DNA of 64,000 bases from assembly GCA_027314165.1 (NCBI GenBank), contig DAHVCH010000004.1, positions 2,770 through 66,769 on the forward strand. Direction: 5' to 3'. Under the pieces are notes generated by a model that saw only the letters and a list, made by a program, of their open reading frames with translations, had not been told where the DNA came from and did not search any database. The position numbers were made by a program, and so were the translations under genes. Shown piece after piece: positions 48,332 through 57,252 of this stretch (positions are counted from its first letter, which is position 1; every line of letters begins with the position of its first letter). The stretch comes from Thermoplasmata archaeon. GTDB lineage: Archaea > Thermoplasmatota > Thermoplasmata > Lutacidiplasmatales > UBA184.

Positions 48332-48895
48332 CTAGGCGAGGTTGGGGTTCGCCGCCGTGACCACCAGCCAGGCCATCATGCCGGAGTGCCCTGGGCCGCA
48401 GGGAACCGTGCAGATGATCTGGAAGCGCTCCCCCACCGTGGCGCTCGAGGGGAGCGTCAGCGTGTAGTGGTTCGTCACTCCAGGGCTCGCGCTCACGTCG
48501 ATCCCGAGCGAGGGGATGCCGAACCCGTGCGAGCCCCCGCCGCTCGTCACGTTCAGCTCGACCACGCCGTTGACCGGGACCCAGAGCGTGCCTACCGAGG
48601 TGGTGAGCCCCGTGCCGTTGGTCAGGCTGGCGCCGAAAGCGTCGGTGTAGTGGAAGGAGAACTGGTAGTCGCTCGCAACCACGTCGACGTGCATGTTCGG
48701 CGTCCCACTGCCGGTGGAGGTCGTGTGCGTGAGGACAAGGCCCGTGCCCACCGCCGACATGAAGACCAGCAGGGCGACCACCGGTATGAGATTGTACTGC
48801 ACCCATGCCTTTTGGCTCGACTCGAGGTGGTGGGCGGGCCTGGTCACCGGAGCCTTGGGCTCCGGCGAGGTCGTGGACGGGACGTCGTCGCTCAT
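48332..48895 (-). CDS. Membrane-anchored CuA cupredoxin (oxidase subunit II-like)
   Basis: SHGFGI...CTVPCGPGHSGM (H...CxxxCxxxHxxM); ATGA overlap with DoxX. Confidence 0.85.
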   Translation of the reverse strand: MSDDVPSTTSPEPKAPVTRPAHHLESSQKAWVQYNLIPVVALLVFMSAVGTGLVLTHTTSTGSGTPNMHVDVVASDYQFSFHYTDAFGASLTNGTGLTTSVGTLWVPVNGVVELNVTSGGGSHGFGIPSLGIDVSASPGVTNHYTLTLPSSATVGERFQIICTVPCGPGHSGMMAWLVVTAANPNLA

Positions 48896-49479
48896 GCTAC
48901 CAGGGCCCTCACGAGGCGGTGGAAGGAGGTGTCCTTCGGCGCGATCCGCTCCGGCAGATGGAAGTGCGAGGACAGGCCGAAGCGCAGCGGGACCACGAGG
49001 GTCAGCATGATGTAGACCAGGGAGAGGCTCAGGTCGCCCCCAAGGTCCACCTTCCCCGAGAACCCGGTGTACCAGCTGTCGAACCCGCCCATCACGTAGA
49101 TCGCCAGCATGATCGCGGAGGACCACAGGGCGGCTGGGCGTTGGAAGATGCCCAGCATGAGGAACAGGCCGCCGAACGTTTCCCCGAGTCCCACGAGGAT
49201 CCCCAGGAGGAGGCTCTGGGAGGCCATCGCTGGGGTCGAGAAATACATCCCCAGCACCGCCGAGGAGAGCGCTCCCTGGGACATCAGGACCCACTTGAGG
49301 ATCCCATCGATCAGGAAGACCGCTCCGAAGACGATGCGCACGGCGATCCAGAGCATCTCCGCCGGGGCGGTCCCGAACGAGTGGACGGTCTCGACGTCGA
49401 GGGCGTTCCCCGAGGAGAAACGCCGGAGGCCATGGGCGGTCTTCCGGCCTAGCTCGCCGGTCACCTGGACTTGTTCCAT
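48892..49479 (-). CDS. DoxX/DoxD-family membrane protein
   Basis: RIVFGAVFLIDGILKW, GETFGGLFLMLG. Confidence 0.8.
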   Translation of the reverse strand: MEQVQVTGELGRKTAHGLRRFSSGNALDVETVHSFGTAPAEMLWIAVRIVFGAVFLIDGILKWVLMSQGALSSAVLGMYFSTPAMASQSLLLGILVGLGETFGGLFLMLGIFQRPAALWSSAIMLAIYVMGGFDSWYTGFSGKVDLGGDLSLSLVYIMLTLVVPLRFGLSSHFHLPERIAPKDTSFHRLVRALVA

Positions 49480-49564
49480 GGTCCTGCTCCTAGAGCCCCT
49501 CGAGCCGGCACAATGGCGTTGAAAGAGGTGCGTGGGACATGGTCTCGTTCTCCACCAACCCTGC

Positions 49565-50197
49565 TCACTCCACGGTCAGGGTTCCCATCATGAACCCCAT
49601 GCTGGACATCGAGGTCGGGTCGCACGGGGTCATGCACTGCCACTCGAAGCTGCCGGTTTGGTTGAAGTAGGCATAGAAAGTGACCACGCTCGGAGCGGTG
49701 GCCGACGCGGCCGGCAGGGGCACGTTGAACCCGGTCGAGAGGACGGAGAGCGTGTGGGAGATGTCCGTCGAGCTCACCGAGCTCACACCCGTCGAGGCCC
49801 CGTTGACGTAGATCAGATCGTTGACCGTCCCGGCCACTTGGAGGTAGGTCGAAGTGGGGACGTTCACACCGTTGTCGTAGTTCGTGATCGTGAACTCGAT
49901 CTGGGTGTGCGCGGGAACCGTGAAGTTGCCCGGCGAGAACTCATCCAACGAACTGTTGTAGATGCCCGGCGTGATGGAGAGGTACAGATGGTCCGTACCC
50001 GCGGGCGCCGCAGCCTTCGGCTGGGGAGCCATGCTCGTCCCCGCCAGGTACCCGACCCCGAGCCCTGCGATGAGGAGGATCACTCCGACCGCGAGGAGGA
50101 GACCCACCCCGTAGCCTGAGCGGCCCCTCGGTGAGGAGGTGGTCGCCGTCTTGTCGCCTTCGCCGACTTCTGCTTGAGTTCCCGTTTCACCGCTCAT
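49565..50197 (-). CDS. Membrane-anchored cupredoxin-like protein
   Basis: FSPGNFTVP..TITNYD, ISHT, WQCMTPC...M..MGFM. Confidence 0.75.
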   Translation of the reverse strand: MSGETGTQAEVGEGDKTATTSSPRGRSGYGVGLLLAVGVILLIAGLGVGYLAGTSMAPQPKAAAPAGTDHLYLSITPGIYNSSLDEFSPGNFTVPAHTQIEFTITNYDNGVNVPTSTYLQVAGTVNDLIYVNGASTGVSSVSSTDISHTLSVLSTGFNVPLPAASATAPSVVTFYAYFNQTGSFEWQCMTPCDPTSMSSMGFMMGTLTVE

Positions 50198-50588
50198 AGG
50201 CTGGCCCTATTGGCGTCCATTGCTACGTGGATGATGTGCCCTCTCGCAAGACCGAAAGGTGAGTAAGGACCAGCAACGAATTACGACCAGAACCACGCAG
50301 GTGGGCACTTGCCGTCCTGGCGACGCCCCCCGGGGCACCCCCCTGCCCTTGTACATACTGTAACCCCGCGGGGACCGTCCCATCGGGGTCCGGGGGCGTC
50401 CCAGACGAGGGCGTGCAGGCCCCCGGCGTTGAGGTCAGGAGGAGCGTTCGGCGCCCGAGATCGATTGGTGCGGGGCCCGGGTCGCCCGGTCCCCTAAGAG
50501 CCTGTGGAGAAAGGACGGTATGGACCGTAAGAACAGCGCTGACATCAGACTAGGGGGACCTACATGCTACCAGACGGAGGACCGGTAT

Positions 50589-51170
50589 ATGCAGAAGGGA
50601 CCCGCGCAAACGGCCGATCATCGAAGGCGAACCAACACCCATCTTCTCATCATCGCCGCGCTTGGCGTGGTCGCTTCCGTGGCGGTGGCCCTCATGGTCA
50701 CGGCTGCGCCCACACGAACGACCACGGAGACGGTCCGGTTCGTGATCTCTGGAGATCAGGGCAACATGGCCTACTCCCCCACGAACATCACGGTCCATGC
50801 GGACGCGCTGGTTACGATCATCATCACGAACTACGACACGCAGGCCCACAGCGCTCCTCCTCTCGCGCAGCAGGTGAGCGGGACCACCGGGGGAGTCGCG
50901 TACTATCAGTTCTCCCTCAGCGCCCACACCCAGAGCCTCGGACAGCTGGCGTCCTCGGACATCTCCCACACGTTCTCCATGGACTACGGGTCAACCTGGC
51001 TTAACGTCCCCGTCCCGCCAGCAGCCTCTCCCACCAACCCGAGCGTCACCACCTTCACGACCGGCTTCTCCTCCATCGGCACCTACACCTGGTACTGCGA
51101 CGCGATGTGCGGCAGCCTACCGATGACCCCGCCCGGGGAAATGGCGGGCTACGTCCACGTGGTGAAGTGA
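50589..51170 (+). CDS. Membrane-anchored cupredoxin-like protein (paralog of 49565-50197)
   Basis: YSPTNITV..IITNYD, ISHT, WYCDAMC...M..PGEM; GGAGG before ATG 50589. Confidence 0.75.
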   Translation: MQKGPAQTADHRRRTNTHLLIIAALGVVASVAVALMVTAAPTRTTTETVRFVISGDQGNMAYSPTNITVHADALVTIIITNYDTQAHSAPPLAQQVSGTTGGVAYYQFSLSAHTQSLGQLASSDISHTFSMDYGSTWLNVPVPPAASPTNPSVTTFTTGFSSIGTYTWYCDAMCGSLPMTPPGEMAGYVHVVK

Positions 51171-51185
51171 GGGCCCGGAACTCCA

Positions 51186-52433
51186 ATGAACGACCCCTCC
51201 ACCCCTTCCGTGGTCCCGAGCGACATCGCCGTGGACAACGGGAGGAGGGCGAAGCATACCCAGACCAGCCTGGACAACCTACGTCGGGTTCAGCAGACCG
51301 GCCGATCGTCGCTCACCGTCTCGCTCCCCCACTGGTGGGTCGAGAAGATGGGAGTGCGACCCGGGGACGTCATCCTGCTGCAGCCCGCGAGCGGCAACCG
51401 GCTCGAACTCAGCCTCACCTCCCACGGTGCCTCCGCCACCCGGTCCCAGGACGCGCTCGTCATCATGGCCGACGAGGCGCCGGCAGGCCTCCTGTCGCGG
51501 CTCATCACGGGGGCCTACATCACCGGACACGACCAGATCGTGATCCGCACCCAGCAGGGCTTGGACCAGGCTCGGTCCGACGAGATCGCTCGCACGGCCG
51601 CGCGTCTTCTCGGGACGGGGATCGTGGAGGAGGGCCCTAACGAGACCACCATCCAGGTCTTCGCCGACCCCTCACGCCACCACTTCACTGCGCTCCTGGA
51701 CCGCATCGTGACGATGCTGAAGCTCGAGGTGGGCTACTGCCGAGACGCCCTCCGGAGCGGAAGTTCCTCGTGCCTGGCGAGGATGGACCTGACGGAAGAG
51801 GAGATCGACCGGGCGTACTTCCTGATGGTCCGCCAGATCCTGCTCGCGGCCGATGACTTCCAGATGGCCGACGACGTGGGGATCGTCAGTCACCGCATCC
51901 AGATCGGGTCCCGGATGGTCGCGAAGGGCCTGGAGATCATCGGGGACAAGCTCAACGACACCGGGAAGGTGCTCGCGGACGCGCTGCATGGGAAGGGTCC
52001 CCCCGTCCTTGCCCTGGCGACGTCCGTGGAGCTCGCCGAGGAGTTCGAGGAGTTCGAAGGACTTCTCGGCCAGACGCTGCAGGGGTTCAAGCAGGTCTCG
52101 CCGGAGACCGCACACGCCGCGTTGACCTCCCTCAAGGAGCGCATCGAGACGCTGATGAACCGGCGCCAGAAGATGAACCGCCACGCGAGCAACGTGTCCG
52201 TCATCGCGTCCACGCAGCGCATCGCCTCCAACCTACTGACCGCGATGGAGATGCTGGTCATCATCAACGAACTGACGATCAACCGCTCCACCGAACCGGA
52301 GCTGTTCGCCGAGCATCACCGGATGATGATGGTCATCCACTCGATCGGGGGGGAAGAGCTCCCTGCGCCCGTCCCGGCGTTGGACCTCCCGACGTCGAGC
52401 GCTCGTCCCCACCCGATCCGCTCCTCGCGTTAG
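51186..52433 (+). CDS. AbrB-PhoU family regulator
   Basis: RRVQQTGRSSLTVSLP..W AbrB domain, GAYITGHD, EEEIDR PhoU-like helices. Confidence 0.85.
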   Translation: MNDPSTPSVVPSDIAVDNGRRAKHTQTSLDNLRRVQQTGRSSLTVSLPHWWVEKMGVRPGDVILLQPASGNRLELSLTSHGASATRSQDALVIMADEAPAGLLSRLITGAYITGHDQIVIRTQQGLDQARSDEIARTAARLLGTGIVEEGPNETTIQVFADPSRHHFTALLDRIVTMLKLEVGYCRDALRSGSSSCLARMDLTEEEIDRAYFLMVRQILLAADDFQMADDVGIVSHRIQIGSRMVAKGLEIIGDKLNDTGKVLADALHGKGPPVLALATSVELAEEFEEFEGLLGQTLQGFKQVSPETAHAALTSLKERIETLMNRRQKMNRHASNVSVIASTQRIASNLLTAMEMLVIINELTINRSTEPELFAEHHRMMMVIHSIGGEELPAPVPALDLPTSSARPHPIRSSR

Positions 52434-53159
52434 CGGGTTGCCGGTCCCCCGTCCCTGCGACGGAGGCCCCCGAGCGCGCAGCCGGGGTGAGGGCCGGATG
52501 AGAGGCGCGGCGTGCCGCGATCTCACCCGGCTTCAGGTCCGCGGTGCCCGCGACGAACAGGCGTTCCTCCCCCCGCGCAGTGAAAAGGAGCGGGGGGTCG
52601 CCAGGATCGCCCCACCCTGGGCCTCCGGAGGCACTCAGGAAACCTCCACTGGCGCTGCGCGAGCGATTCACCAAATCGACACACGGAGCCTCCACAAGGG
52701 CCTCGTACGCGGTCGGCATGGTGGCGACCGTAGCCGTCCACGCTTCGCACGGGGCCAGAGCCCACCCGAGCGGGCGCGGGCAACGCTCCCCGTTCGCGTG
52801 GGGGGGAGACCGACAGCGGGAGGAGGCTCATGCGAGCAGCGGCCCGAGCCCTGGAGGCGCGCTTCCTCTCGGTTGCGGACGTCGACCAGGGCGGAGCGGG
52901 GGGTGGGTAAGGAGCTTCCGAGCTTCAGCCGCCTGAGGCGCACTGGCGCAGCGGATCCTGGGAGCATGCATCCGGGGAGAGGCCACGCGCTGTACGAAGT
53001 CCGAGGGTAGCCCGCCCCCCCGACCATCCTTCAGTCAGGTGGGGGGTCCCCACGAGCTCGGTCCACGCGCTCAGGTAGCAGCGACTGCCCACCTTCCCAC
53101 GAACGGGAATGGGGGAAGAGCGGCGCGCCTGCCAAGTAAGGAAAGACCGGACGAGATCC

Positions 53160-53255
53160 CGAGAGAAGAGAAGAAAATGGATGAAAAGAAAACAGAAGAG
53201 AAGAGGTTCAGGAAGGGGTTGGAGAGGGGAGCCCAGTCGTGGGCCCCCCTCTCTC
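53160..53255 (-). terminator. Hairpin plus pyrimidine tract after the solute-binding protein gene
   Basis: Inverted repeat 53222-53253 followed on the minus strand by about 60 nt rich in C/T. Confidence 0.65.
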
Positions 53256-53274
53256 GGTCAGGGTTCCCTCGCCT

Positions 53275-56200
53275 CTACGGGAGGGGGTTCCCCTGGTAGC
53301 CCATGTCGTACCAGACGTACCCCGGCAGGATGGGGTTCGGGGTCATCGAGGCGGGGTTGATCCACGCCGCGTAGGTCCCGACACCGACCTGCTGGAAGTC
53401 GTAGACGTACATCGCGAGGTTGTTCTGGATGTGCTCCGCCTGGTTGAACATGTCCTCACGCTGGGTGATGCTGCACGCCGGTGGGGCGCAAGAGTTCCCC
53501 GCCGCCGCCAGGTTATACATCGCCTCGTACGCGCTGCCCTGGCAGGCCTGGGTGACCACCATCGTGTAGCCGTTGGCGCTGCCCGCGCAGGTCCCCATGT
53601 AGTTCCCGGACGCCAGAGAGCCCGTGAGGCCCTCCGACCACGCCGTCGTCAGCGTGTAGGTAGAGTCGGGGTACATCATCGGGACCGTGTAGTCCGACGG
53701 GTCGGGGTAGTCAGGGAGCCAGCCCAGGAAGAAGGAGGAGAACCCTCCGCTGCCCGGAGCGCCGTAGAGGTCGGCGACCAGCGTGTTGAAGTTGATCACG
53801 ACGATCGCAGCCTGGACCGCGTTCCCCGAGATCTTGGCCGTCCACTGGGCCCACTGCTGGTACATCGCGAGGTCCGTGGGGTCTCCCGCGTTGATGATGA
53901 GCGGGTAGACACACGGGCTCGCGGTCGTGCAGACCGCTCCGTCGAAGGAGTCCGCCTGCACCTGTGACCACCACCAGGCCGCACCACCCACATCGTTCTT
54001 GTTCGAGTCGGGGTTACCGGACGGCCAGGTGATGTTCGCCGGGTAGAAGTTCCCCATGTCGTGGGGGATCGACCCGCCGTACAGCTCGCAGTACTGCACA
54101 CCGTCGACGGTGCAGAACTGGTCGGCCTGCGTCTGGTAGGGGAACGTGTGGGTCAGGAACTCACGCATGTTGAGATCCTGCATCATGTTCTGGGGTGCGG
54201 TCAAGTGGACCGTGGTCAGGGCCTGCGCGGCCGCCGAGTTCTCCATCATGTTGAACGACGTGAAGAAGATGTTCAGCGTGGGCGCGGTCATGGCCCCGAT
54301 CTTCCCCGCGGCGATGTCGTTGAGCATGGTCGGGGTGTCGGTCGAGGGGATGGTGGCGAAGTCCGCCGTCCCGCTCGCGTAGGCCTGCTCACCGGGGGTC
54401 TGGGAGGTCTCCCAGCTGTTCGAGATGTAGGTCGCCTGGATCTGGCTGTGGGTCGGCAGGCAACCGGCGGCGTGGCCGCCAGTGCAGGACGTGCCGGTCC
54501 AAGCCGGGCTGACCGAGAGCGCGTAGGACTGCCCGTAGGCGTAGGCCTTGAGGTAGTACGGCCCGCTCCCGACCATGTTCTGGGCGATGTTCTGGTTCCA
54601 GGAGGTCGGCGCGCCCTGCTGCTCAGCGGTGTCCCACTCGGTCCCCAGAGGGAACGCGGAGGCTGCCGGAGGAGCGTTGCAGCTGGACCAGCCCTGGAGC
54701 GTGAAGCCCTGGGTCATCTCCCAGCGGCAGCTCTGGATGGCCGCGCCGTTGGGGTCCGCGAAGAGCTCGAGGAACTCGGGCCAGACCGCGCCGGAGGGTC
54801 CCGTGTGGAAGGTGACACAGCCGTTGCCGTGCACACCGTCCATCATCGTGGCCGTGCAGGTCGCCGAGTCGTTCACGGTCATCGAGTTCAGGATGTTGGC
54901 CGGGGTGCTGGCGAAGGGATAGTGCAGCCCGCCATCGAAGTTGGGGTTACCGAGGGGCAGGAGCGCCTGGCACTGGATCCAGCCAGGGTTGTTCCCCACA
55001 CCAGGGTAGTCCGCGAACAGGCAGGTTCGGGCGAGGGACCAGACCACATCGGTCGGCCAGACGTTCATGGTCGCGCCGTTCGCCGGGTCGTAGAACTTCG
55101 CGTCCGGGCTGATGACGAACGTGTAGTCCGCCCCGCCGTTCGTGATGAGCGAGCTGCCGAACATCGCCTGGCAGCTCCAGGGCCCGGTGGTCGTCCCCGG
55201 GACGCAGGAGGCCGCGCTGGGCACGAACCCGTTGGGCGAGGGGCCCGCCTGGGACCCGTTGTAGTCGATCAGGGTCTGGTAGACGTTGTAGATGACCTCG
55301 GCACCGGCCGTCTCGTAGTCGACGGAGGGGTCCAGGCTCACGGCCCCGCCGGGGACGTACTCGTAGGACTGGATGGTGCCCTGGGGGCGGCCGTTGGCGT
55401 GGGTCGGGAAGGAGGTGGTCTGAACGACTCCACTGCCCGAGGTCCCGCCGACGTACACCGTGAACGTGTAGTTGCTCCAGGCGTGGTAGGTAATCCCGCC
55501 GGTGAGCAGGGTCGTGACCGCCTCGAAGGCGACCGCGTAGGAGCCCGCCGTCGCACCGGAGCTCGCCGTGAACGTTGCGGTGAGCGCGGTCGCGGAGCTG
55601 AGCCCATCACCCGAGGGGGTCCCCATCGTGAGGGGAGCGCCGCCGAGGATGTCGAACGTGTTGCCGGCCGCCGTCACCTGGGTGTTCCCGTTGACCGGGA
55701 CACCGGAGATGTAGGCCGCGAGGGTCACCGATCCGCCCGCCGGGAGGATGGCGGTCGGGTTGGTGGTCGAGGTCCCGTTGGAGACGATGTACCCGCCGGT
55801 CTGGACGTGGTCGCCCAGAGGGTCGTTGGCGTAGGAGGAGGTCGCCGTGAAGGGGAGGAGGCTCAGCAGGTTGTCGTGAATCACGTTGTTCGTGTCCGTA
55901 ACCTGGACATAGACATCGTAGGCGCCCGCCGAGGTGTAGATGTGGGTGGTTGCAGAGGTGGAAATCTGCCCGGAGGACTGGCCGTCACCGAAGAAGAAGT
56001 CGAAGCTCTTCGGGGTCCAGGTGGGCTTCAGCTGCACGGCGTTGAAAGTTACAACACCGCCAACTTGAGAGGTTGAGAAGGGAGAGGTCACTTTGACATC
56101 ATGGGTATAGACGGCCGTTGGAGGAGGAGCAATGCCCTGACAAATGGGGCTGCTCACCGGCTGACAGCTCGGGGGAGAGGACGTGGTCTTCGAGACCGGG

Positions 56201-56385
56201 GTCGCGTGGTTGGTCGCCGGGGTCGTGGAACCGAGCCCGACGAAGGCGCCAACGCCTCCGATCACGAGGATGACCACGAGAAGGATGATCCCGATGAGGG
56301 GTCCCAGCCCGCCGCTGCTGCGCTTGGGTGGTGCGCTCGTCGTTGGTGTCGGTGCTCCGCTTGAGGGGGTCGCCGTGCTCGACAT
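53275..56385 (-). CDS. Peptide ABC solute-binding protein (family 5) with PKD domain
   Basis: N-terminal TM, FGDG PKD motif, SLDPSVDYE, VYQTL, GSGPY, GWLPDYPDP. Confidence 0.88.
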   Translation of the reverse strand: MSSTATPSSGAPTPTTSAPPKRSSGGLGPLIGIILLVVILVIGGVGAFVGLGSTTPATNHATPVSKTTSSPPSCQPVSSPICQGIAPPPTAVYTHDVKVTSPFSTSQVGGVVTFNAVQLKPTWTPKSFDFFFGDGQSSGQISTSATTHIYTSAGAYDVYVQVTDTNNVIHDNLLSLLPFTATSSYANDPLGDHVQTGGYIVSNGTSTTNPTAILPAGGSVTLAAYISGVPVNGNTQVTAAGNTFDILGGAPLTMGTPSGDGLSSATALTATFTASSGATAGSYAVAFEAVTTLLTGGITYHAWSNYTFTVYVGGTSGSGVVQTTSFPTHANGRPQGTIQSYEYVPGGAVSLDPSVDYETAGAEVIYNVYQTLIDYNGSQAGPSPNGFVPSAASCVPGTTTGPWSCQAMFGSSLITNGGADYTFVISPDAKFYDPANGATMNVWPTDVVWSLARTCLFADYPGVGNNPGWIQCQALLPLGNPNFDGGLHYPFASTPANILNSMTVNDSATCTATMMDGVHGNGCVTFHTGPSGAVWPEFLELFADPNGAAIQSCRWEMTQGFTLQGWSSCNAPPAASAFPLGTEWDTAEQQGAPTSWNQNIAQNMVGSGPYYLKAYAYGQSYALSVSPAWTGTSCTGGHAAGCLPTHSQIQATYISNSWETSQTPGEQAYASGTADFATIPSTDTPTMLNDIAAGKIGAMTAPTLNIFFTSFNMMENSAAAQALTTVHLTAPQNMMQDLNMREFLTHTFPYQTQADQFCTVDGVQYCELYGGSIPHDMGNFYPANITWPSGNPDSNKNDVGGAAWWWSQVQADSFDGAVCTTASPCVYPLIINAGDPTDLAMYQQWAQWTAKISGNAVQAAIVVINFNTLVADLYGAPGSGGFSSFFLGWLPDYPDPSDYTVPMMYPDSTYTLTTAWSEGLTGSLASGNYMGTCAGSANGYTMVVTQACQGSAYEAMYNLAAAGNSCAPPACSITQREDMFNQAEHIQNNLAMYVYDFQQVGVGTYAAWINPASMTPNPILPGYVWYDMGYQGNPLP

Positions 56386-56544
56386 GTTCGTTCAATGACC
56401 GATCGGAACCGGTCGGGCGGCTAACCCATATGCTAGTATAAATACCCTGGCGAGGCGGCGCCCCCCACCGTCGTTCTCCGCCGTTGGAAGGATTCCCCCG
56501 CCCCAGCGGTAGCGGATTATGTAGGAAGGGGGGTTCGGCGGCGC

Positions 56545-57252
56545 GTGGAGCCTACCCGCCCCCCGAGAAACGCCTATCAGCTGCTCCCCTCGATCCTCAG
56601 CGCGGACCCGACCGACCTTGCGAGCGCCCTCCGGGCCGCGGAGGAGGGCGGGGCGGACGCGTTCCACATCGACGTGATGGACGGCCACTTCGTCCCGAAC
56701 ATCACCTTCGGCCCCGCGGTGGTGAAGGCCGTCCGGGCCCGGACCCGGCTGCCCTTGGACATCCACCTCATGATCTCCGAGCCTAGCAAGTACCTCAAGG
56801 CCTTCGCCCAGGCCGGAGGGGACACGCTCGCCTTCCACCTCGAGGCGGGCGGGGACCTGCGCGCGCTCGCCCGCGAGGTCCGGGCGCACGGCCGCCGCCC
56901 GGGCTTGGCGGTCCGCCCCGACACGAAGTTCGCGGAGGTCGAGCCCCTCCTGCCGGAGTTCGACGAGGTGGTGGTGATGACCGTGATGCCGGGGTTCTCC
57001 GGACAGAAGTTCATGGCGGACGTCCTTCCGAAGATGCGGCAGGTGCGGGAGGCCCTGGACCGGGCCGCCCGGCCCGTCGACCTCTCCGTCGACGGAGGCA
57101 TCACGCCCGAGACGATCGGCGCCGCCGCGAAGGCCGGGGCGAGGCTCTTCGTCTGCGGGAACTCGGTCTACGGGGACGGGCCCTCGCCCCAGGACAACCT
57201 GAGGGCCCTACGGGCCACGCTGTCCCGGGAGGCGCCGCTTGAGGTTCGCTGA
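56545..57252 (+). CDS. rpe: Ribulose-phosphate 3-epimerase
   Basis: PSILSAD, HIDVMDGHFVPN, MTVMPGFSGQ, VDGGI. Confidence 0.95.
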   Translation: MEPTRPPRNAYQLLPSILSADPTDLASALRAAEEGGADAFHIDVMDGHFVPNITFGPAVVKAVRARTRLPLDIHLMISEPSKYLKAFAQAGGDTLAFHLEAGGDLRALAREVRAHGRRPGLAVRPDTKFAEVEPLLPEFDEVVVMTVMPGFSGQKFMADVLPKMRQVREALDRAARPVDLSVDGGITPETIGAAAKAGARLFVCGNSVYGDGPSPQDNLRALRATLSREAPLEVR

